From positions 1 to 19,712 of the forward strand of contig CBDUPA010000042.1 in NCBI GenBank assembly GCA_965368975.1: DNA of 19,712 nt, given 5' to 3'. Positions within the stretch are counted from its first letter, which is position 1, and each line of letters begins with the position of its first letter. The stretch comes from an uncultured bacterium (GTDB taxonomy: Bacteria; Acidobacteriota; Thermoanaerobaculia; Multivoradales; JAHZIX01). Under the pieces are notes generated by a model. It made no database searches. It was not told the DNA's origin and saw only the letters and a program-made list of their open reading frames with translations. Positions 14,231-19,712 of this stretch are shown piece by piece. The position numbers were made by a program, and so were the translations under genes.

Positions 14231-17200
14231 TCAAGGTCTCTTTCCCGTGATCGATAGAATCAGGCCAGCGACGCCCTTGCTTCGCACTTCTCGTTCCAGC
14301 CAGTTCCAGTGGTACCGCTTACCACCCTTGAAGGAAACCAGGAACACAAGGTGAGGCGGAAACGCATAGCCACTGGCATGACGCCAAATCGCGTTCCATT
14401 GTCCCCGTTGCTTTCTCTTCCAGGCATTGTAGAAGGAATTGATGCCCAGCTTGATCTCTGCTGTCATCAGGGTCTTCCGACTTCTTAGTGTAGGTGGTCG
14501 GTCACGCACAAGGAAGTCGGGGTAGCGAACCTCGCGTTGTCTTCCCACATTCTGAGGGCGATCATCACATGTGTATCCGTCGGTGAGTACCCTTCCTGAA
14601 CGCTGCTCGATACCCGGCTCAAACCACATCACCTCGGGATTCGTGTCGCGAAATAGGAAGCACAGTGTGTGTGCCGTGAAGTCCTCGAACATGGCCCCGG
14701 CCTTCGAACCGACGGTCTGGGCAAAGCCGAAGGCATCGAGTTCGAAGCCCAGGAACGAGAACAAGAAATCCTTCAGGACGCTGGTCAGCACCTCTCCCAG
14801 CTTCTCGATCGCCCGATCCCGCAGTTCCTTGGCAGCATACGTCTTCGCCGCGCCGACGATATTCTGGACGCTGAGGCTGATGTTGATGTCAACGATGGTG
14901 AACAGCCCGGTCGGATCACCGAAGACCTGCGGGTTATTGTAGGCAAAGATGTAGGGGTGCGCGCTTTGAGGCTCGTAGGGGTCCAGCTCCGCCGCATCGC
15001 GACTCAGGAAGCGGCCGGTTGTCGGGTCGTACCAGCGAGCGCCGAGGTGGTAGAGCGAACTGGACGGCTCCCACCAACCCGCCTGGAAAGCGAAGTCGCC
15101 GCCAGCGGCTTCAGGCGTAGCGGCTGCACCAAGAGGAGCACCGAAGGCGTCGTAGTCGACGTTCTCCAAGCCCTCGTCGGACAGCAGACCCCGGACACTG
15201 CCTTGCCCGTCTTCCAGGTAGTAGACGGCACCGCTGTCGCCGTAGCGCAGCAGGGGACCACCGACCGCGTGGACGTAGGCGGTCCACTCGCCCGCATCGC
15301 TCGCCGCGTAGTGGACGGTGTCGAGTCCCGTCCCGAGGCTCGGTGCGACGACGAAGCTGCGTTCCTCACTACCCTCGACTGTGCCGACGCGCCGCCCCTC
15401 GGCGTCGTAGCGGTGGGTCAACGTCGTGCCACTGGTCGAGGTGGCACTGACGAGGCGATCGATCGCGTCATGTTCGTAGTCCCAGGTCTCGCCATTCCGC
15501 TCTACCTGGCTCACACGGCCATCGGCATCCCAGCTGTACGCCTCGACGACGGTACCGTTCTCGGTGACACTAGCCAGGCGGGTGCCCTCCAGGTACGTCG
15601 AGCTTTGCGTGACGCCATCGATGATGCGCTGAGTCCGGTTGCCGGCAGCATCGAAGGCGTAGCTCACCTCGTGCACCACCGTCCCCTCGGGCGACAGGTG
15701 CCGCTCGCTGGAGACTCGGAAGGCGATGTCGTAGGCGTACTCGACGACGCTGCCGTCTTCACGCTCGACGCGCAGCGGCTCGCCCTGAGGACCGCGCTGG
15801 TAGGCGAACGACTGGAGCACCGTGCCATCGGCGGCGCGGTGCTCGACAGCCGTAACGTGATCGCGGAGGTCATACTGCCACGTGGTCACGACACCGTTCG
15901 GCAGCTCGCGCTGGGTCGGGCGGTTGACGGCGTCATACGTGAACGTCGTCCGCCCTCCCAGGGGATCGTCGATCGCTGTCACGTTGCCGACAGCATCGCG
16001 GGTGTAGCGCGTCACCGCGCCGGCTCCGCCGCCGGGAGGCGTGACCGTCACTGCCGAGACACGGCCGAGCACATCGTGTTCATATGTCACGGCGCTGCCG
16101 TCGGTGCGCTGCAAACCCTGCAGCAGGCTACCGGACGCGTAGGTGTAGCTGGTCGTGGCGATGGCATTCGACGCTTGCGTGAGGCGGGACGCGGCATCCC
16201 AGGAGAAGGCCGCCGAAGTTGACGCGCCGCCTGACGTCGATAGGGTGCGCTGGCTGACGCGGCCACGATCGTAGGCATAGACGATCTCTCCGCCGGATGG
16301 TAGTCGGACGCGGGTTGGCTCGGGCCCGTCCTCGTAGTCGAAGCTGAAGACACCACCGTCCCCGAAGTCGAGACTGCGACGCTGGCCGAGGCTGTCGTAG
16401 ACCTCGCTCCGCAGCACCTCGCCCGTCGGTGCCTGCACGGAGGTCTGATCCTGCAAGCCATCCGCCGTCGGTTCGTCGGTGTAGGTCCAGGTGTGGCCGC
16501 CCGCATCCTGACCCGAGACCAACGCCCCGCTGGCGTCGTAGCCAAACTGACGCACATGGCCGCCCTCATCGGTGAACGAGGTGGGATAGTCGCGGCGCTC
16601 ACCAGGCGGCACGCCGTCGAGGTAGGACCAGGTCCGCTCTCCTCCGTCGCGCAGGACCTGCCGGACGATCACGCCTTCAGCGCCGTACTCCGTGCGCAGG
16701 CTGCGGCCCAGCGGATCCGCCTCCTCGAAGAAGCTCGGACCGTAGTCGAAACTCCAGGTGAAGCCGCGCGCGTTGCGCCGCGTCGCCGTGGCTCCGGACG
16801 GCGTGTAGGTGAAGCTCTCGCGGTTGCCGAGGGCATCAGTGGCGGTGGTCACCTGGCCGGCGGCGTCGAGGTCGAACTCGATCGCGCCGTGGCCGGGAAA
16901 CTCGACGCGATGGACGCGCCCCGCAGCATCGTGCGTGTAGCGCGTCATATCGCCCACGGGATCGGTCTGCGCCGTGGTGCGACCGGTGGCGTCGCGCGTG
17001 TAGGCGAGCGTCGGGGTGCCGTCCTGCGTCCAACCGGCCAGGCGGCCATTGGTGTCGACGCTGCGACCGACTTCGCCGACCAGGGATGTGGTCGAAGTCT
17101 GCCAGAAGCCGTCCTGCCCATAGGTCTGCGTGGCCCAGGAGCCGTCCTCATAGTCGGTGCGCACTTCGCGACCTTCGGCGTCGTACTGGTGCCGCGAGAC

Positions 17201-19711
17201 GCGATCCCGGTAGCGCAGCTCGCTCAGGTTGCCCTGAGCGTCGTAGTTGGCTTGCAGCTCCGTACCCTCAGCATCGACGATCCGGCGCGGCTCGCCAGCG
17301 GCGGTCAGGTCGTAGTAGCGGGTGGCACCGAAGCCGTCGAGTTCAGCCGTCACGTTGCCCCGGGCGTCATACTCCCAGCCGTGCAGCAGGCGCCCGGCCT
17401 CGTCGCGCATCGCCAGTTGTTGGTTGGCGTCGCTGTACTCGAAGTGACGCTCGGTGCCGTCAGGTGCAATCACCGCCAGGGGCCGGTCGCGCTCGTCGAA
17501 GGTGAAGCGGGTCGTGAAATCGGCGGCATCTTGATCCGGCAAGTGGGGATCGACGCGGCTCGTCAAGTTGCCTCGGGCGTCATAGGTCCAGCGCGTCTCA
17601 TGGCCCAGCGGATTGACCATGGAGGTGCGCTGATCCCAGTCGTTGTAGGTGAAGCGGGTCGTGTTGCCCAGACCGTCGACCACGGCCAGGACATTGCCGC
17701 GTTCGTCATATTGGACCTGCGTCGTGCGGTCGGTCGCGTCGGTCAAGACCTCGCGACGACCGGGTAGGTCGTGGACTAGAGCAGAACAATTCCCCTGCGC
17801 ATCACAGCTGCGCTCCAGGCGCCCTTCCGGCGTATAGCCGAGCGCCGCGATCTCGCGGCCCTGCGGGTCGATGATGGTGGTCAGGTAGTGATCCGGGGCG
17901 TAGCGGTAGCCGGTCGCCTCGTCGAGGCGGCTTCGGTGCCGGACCAAGTCGCCTTCCGGACTGTACTCGTATTCGTTGGCGTTGCCAGAGGGATCGAGGA
18001 TGCGGACGATGCGACCCTCACTATCGCGCTCGAAGCGGATCGAGATGCCGCTGCTGTGCTCGACGCCGTCGGCAGTGATGGTCAGAGTATTGCCGTTCAG
18101 GTCGCGAGCCTCTTCGACGCCAGTGTCCAGGCCGAGCACGAAGGCGTGCCCGTCGCGGGTGTGCAGGCGCACCCGCTCGGGATGGAAGTTCTCCAGCGTG
18201 TCGAGGTCCTTGACGCTGTCGGCGCCGTTCTCCCACAGCACCTGGTCATTGCCGAGAAGTTCGAGTCGAGCACCGGGCAGCGGACCGTCGACAAAGGCAA
18301 AGGAAGCGCTAGCGGCACAACCACCGGCGAGGCTCTGAGGCTGGTCGAGCTCGAGCCGAAAGCGGTATGTCTCGCGGTCCGACAGACGCACGACTGTCAA
18401 ATGGGAGAGCGTCTCGTGCACCACCTGGCAAGGCAAACCCAGCGGTCCATCGCTCGCCGCGATGCGCCACCCCTGGCCGGGCAGCCGGTTGTGGCGCACC
18501 GAGCCGTTGCGCACCTCGAGGCTCCAGCCGACGCCGAAGTCCCGCACCTGCTTGTCGCGGCTGTCATAGCTGCGCACGACTTCGAGGTCGAAGCCGGAGA
18601 GTGGCAGCAGGAGGTCAGAGTACGCCAGTTGGACGTGGCCGATCTTCATCCCACCGTCGACCGCCACGCTGACCACCTGCTCGCTCGACTGCTCCGCGAA
18701 GTCGGTGGCCGTCAGTCGCAGCTGGTAGAGGTCGTTGGGCAGCAGCGTCGGGTCGAAGGTCGCGAGCGTGCCCGAGGTCGGCGTCTGCCCTTCGGCAAGC
18801 GGCAGCCACTCTGCTCCATCGTCCAGGCTCGCCGGACGGAAACTCAGCTGCCAGCTCTGCAAGAGGTCGCTGTCGATCTGCGCCGCGACCTCGACCGGCG
18901 CCGTGATCTCGTCGAGGTCGACAGGAGCCGTCAACGCCACCTGCGGCGGCGGTCCGTGACTCGCAAAGCGCACCGTCGTCGCCTCGGTCACCAGCACCCA
19001 GTAGCCGCGCCCCGGCTGCAACTCGCGCAGATCATTCGCCCAGTCCGGAACGTTGGGGTCGTAGACCTCCCACGGATCCTTCTCGTCGAACGCGTCATAG
19101 CCAAACACCCGCAGGTACTTTCCCGCAATCGACGACAGCGCCGCCGGCACCGGGCGCGGCTGCGCCAGCGAATAGCCGATCAGGTTCCAGCCGGGGCACA
19201 CCGGGATCTCGGTGACGGTCGGTTGCTCGCCCGTCGGCAACGTCCAACCCCCAGCGGCCGGAGCTTTGACCCACAGGCCATAGCGATGGTCGATCGACGT
19301 CAGCTCGTTCGCAGGGTCGCCCGGCGTGTACTGCTTCCAGGCCGCTTCAGCGGCGCAGGCGTCCCAGATCCAGGCGCTCGTACCGGCAGGCGCTCCCGCG
19401 AGCACATCCGTCGGATCCGTCGACGTCGGCTCGACGGGCAGCGACACCAGGTTGAACTCCGTCTGCAACGGCAGGTCGCCTGCCTTGGCAGGCGTCGGAG
19501 TGACTACGACCGTCTCGGCTGTGCCGCTGCTGGGAAGGCGCGGAGGGGAACGCTGAAAGCGCTGCGCGGCGACACCCTCTTGCTGTTCATCCTGCGGCGC
19601 TGGCAGCGGAACGCCCAGCGCGGGAGGACTCAGCTGAAGCAGCAGCGCGCCACACAGGAGCTGTGCCGTGAGGTGGCGAAGAGCGTGCCACGAGGTGACC
19701 GGACGGGTAGA
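14231..19711 (-). CDS. Rhs/YD-repeat polymorphic toxin with signal-peptide-like N-terminus and C-terminal PD-(D/E)xK nuclease-like domain; 5' end just outside the window
   Basis: Many YD repeats (YDERGNV, YDARGNL, YDAQGNL, YDAVNR, YDAEGRR). Rhs core: YDAFG...LYHLGARWYDPTTGRFLSRD...PY.FAYNNPQVFGDPTGLF. The frame has no stop upstream of the track's TTG at 19468 and reads STRPVTSWHALRHLTAQLLCGALLLQLSPPALG-VPLP... to the edge. The tip has GAMFE...RYPDF...AEIK...Q. Confidence 0.93.
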   Translation of the reverse strand, partial: STRPVTSWHALRHLTAQLLCGALLLQLSPPALGVPLPAPQDEQQEGVAAQRFQRSPPRLPSSGTAETVVVTPTPAKAGDLPLQTEFNLVSLPVEPTSTDPTDVLAGAPAGTSAWIWDACAAEAAWKQYTPGDPANELTSIDHRYGLWVKAPAAGGWTLPTGEQPTVTEIPVCPGWNLIGYSLAQPRPVPAALSSIAGKYLRVFGYDAFDEKDPWEVYDPNVPDWANDLRELQPGRGYWVLVTEATTVRFASHGPPPQVALTAPVDLDEITAPVEVAAQIDSDLLQSWQLSFRPASLDDGAEWLPLAEGQTPTSGTLATFDPTLLPNDLYQLRLTATDFAEQSSEQVVSVAVDGGMKIGHVQLAYSDLLLPLSGFDLEVVRSYDSRDKQVRDFGVGWSLEVRNGSVRHNRLPGQGWRIAASDGPLGLPCQVVHETLSHLTVVRLSDRETYRFRLELDQPQSLAGGCAASASFAFVDGPLPGARLELLGNDQVLWENGADSVKDLDTLENFHPERVRLHTRDGHAFVLGLDTGVEEARDLNGNTLTITADGVEHSSGISIRFERDSEGRIVRILDPSGNANEYEYSPEGDLVRHRSRLDEATGYRYAPDHYLTTIIDPQGREIAALGYTPEGRLERSCDAQGNCSALVHDLPGRREVLTDATDRTTQVQYDERGNVLAVVDGLGNTTRFTYNDWDQRTSMVNPLGHETRWTYDARGNLTSRVDPHLPDQDAADFTTRFTFDERDRPLAVIAPDGTERHFEYSDANQQLAMRDEAGRLLHGWEYDARGNVTAELDGFGATRYYDLTAAGEPRRIVDAEGTELQANYDAQGNLSELRYRDRVSRHQYDAEGREVRTDYEDGSWATQTYGQDGFWQTSTTSLVGEVGRSVDTNGRLAGWTQDGTPTLAYTRDATGRTTAQTDPVGDMTRYTHDAAGRVHRVEFPGHGAIEFDLDAAGQVTTATDALGNRESFTYTPSGATATRRNARGFTWSFDYGPSFFEEADPLGRSLRTEYGAEGVIVRQVLRDGGERTWSYLDGVPPGERRDYPTSFTDEGGHVRQFGYDASGALVSGQDAGGHTWTYTDEPTADGLQDQTSVQAPTGEVLRSEVYDSLGQRRSLDFGDGGVFSFDYEDGPEPTRVRLPSGGEIVYAYDRGRVSQRTLSTSGGASTSAAFSWDAASRLTQASNAIATTSYTYASGSLLQGLQRTDGSAVTYEHDVLGRVSAVTVTPPGGGAGAVTRYTRDAVGNVTAIDDPLGGRTTFTYDAVNRPTQRELPNGVVTTWQYDLRDHVTAVEHRAADGTVLQSFAYQRGPQGEPLRVEREDGSVVEYAYDIAFRVSSERHLSPEGTVVHEVSYAFDAAGNRTQRIIDGVTQSSTYLEGTRLASVTENGTVVEAYSWDADGRVSQVERNGETWDYEHDAIDRLVSATSTSGTTLTHRYDAEGRRVGTVEGSEERSFVVAPSLGTGLDTVHYAASDAGEWTAYVHAVGGPLLRYGDSGAVYYLEDGQGSVRGLLSDEGLENVDYDAFGAPLGAAATPEAAGGDFAFQAGWWEPSSSLYHLGARWYDPTTGRFLSRDAAELDPYEPQSAHPYIFAYNNPQVFGDPTGLFTIVDINISLSVQNIVGAAKTYAAKELRDRAIEKLGEVLTSVLKDFLFSFLGFELDAFGFAQTVGSKAGAMFEDFTAHTLCFLFRDTNPEVMWFEPGIEQRSGRVLTDGYTCDDRPQNVGRQREVRYPDFLVRDRPPTLRSRKTLMTAEIKLGINSFYNAWKRKQRGQWNAIWRHASGYAFPPHLVFLVSFKGGKRYHWNWLEREVRSKGVAGLILSITGKRP

Positions 19712-19712
19712 T

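Noticed and set aside
14231-15100. HINT/intein, PAAR, or orphan Rhs core-tip modules
   Set aside because: I found no HINT or PAAR motifs and no second DPxG core fragment downstream.
14669-17767. + strand ORFs 14669..16222 and 16493..17767
   Set aside because: They are shadows of the Rhs gene, with no recognisable features.
19466-19468. TTG start for Rhs from the ORF track
   Set aside because: The frame stays open upstream and encodes a signal-peptide-like segment; no clear RBS at this TTG.
1-19712. CRISPR array, diversity-generating retroelement or IS element
   Set aside because: I saw no regularly spaced DNA repeats, reverse transcriptase or transposase. The repetitiveness is explained by protein repeats (YD, FG-GAP, PKD, Calx-beta, ankyrin).

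Overview
High-GC bacterial window, almost entirely minus-strand. In transcription order (right to left): (1) a large Rhs/YD-repeat polymorphic toxin whose frame stays open to the window edge and carries a Sec-type signal-like stretch; its C-terminal tip has a PD-(D/E)xK nuclease-like motif set; (2) a translationally coupled ankyrin-repeat gene, the probable immunity protein; (3) a diverged tandem paralog of it, broken by a -1 and a +1 indel; (4) a different ankyrin-like gene on the + strand; (5) a 2827-aa secreted modular adhesin-like protein (DUF11, CARDB, FG-GAP propeller, PKD, two lectin-like domains, Calx-beta) preceded by a sigma54-like promoter; (6) a tight three-gene mobile-element operon: a hypothetical protein with a SymR-like antisense hairpin next to its RBS, an SprT-like(HAxxH)-RadC/JAB fusion, and the N-terminus of an Arm-domain tyrosine integrase that the ORF track missed. 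The best novelty candidates are the apparent split of a giant Rhs into a secreted toxin canister plus a separate adhesin, and the SprT-RadC-integrase operon with its putative antisense RNA. All domain calls come from motif recognition by eye, without database searches.
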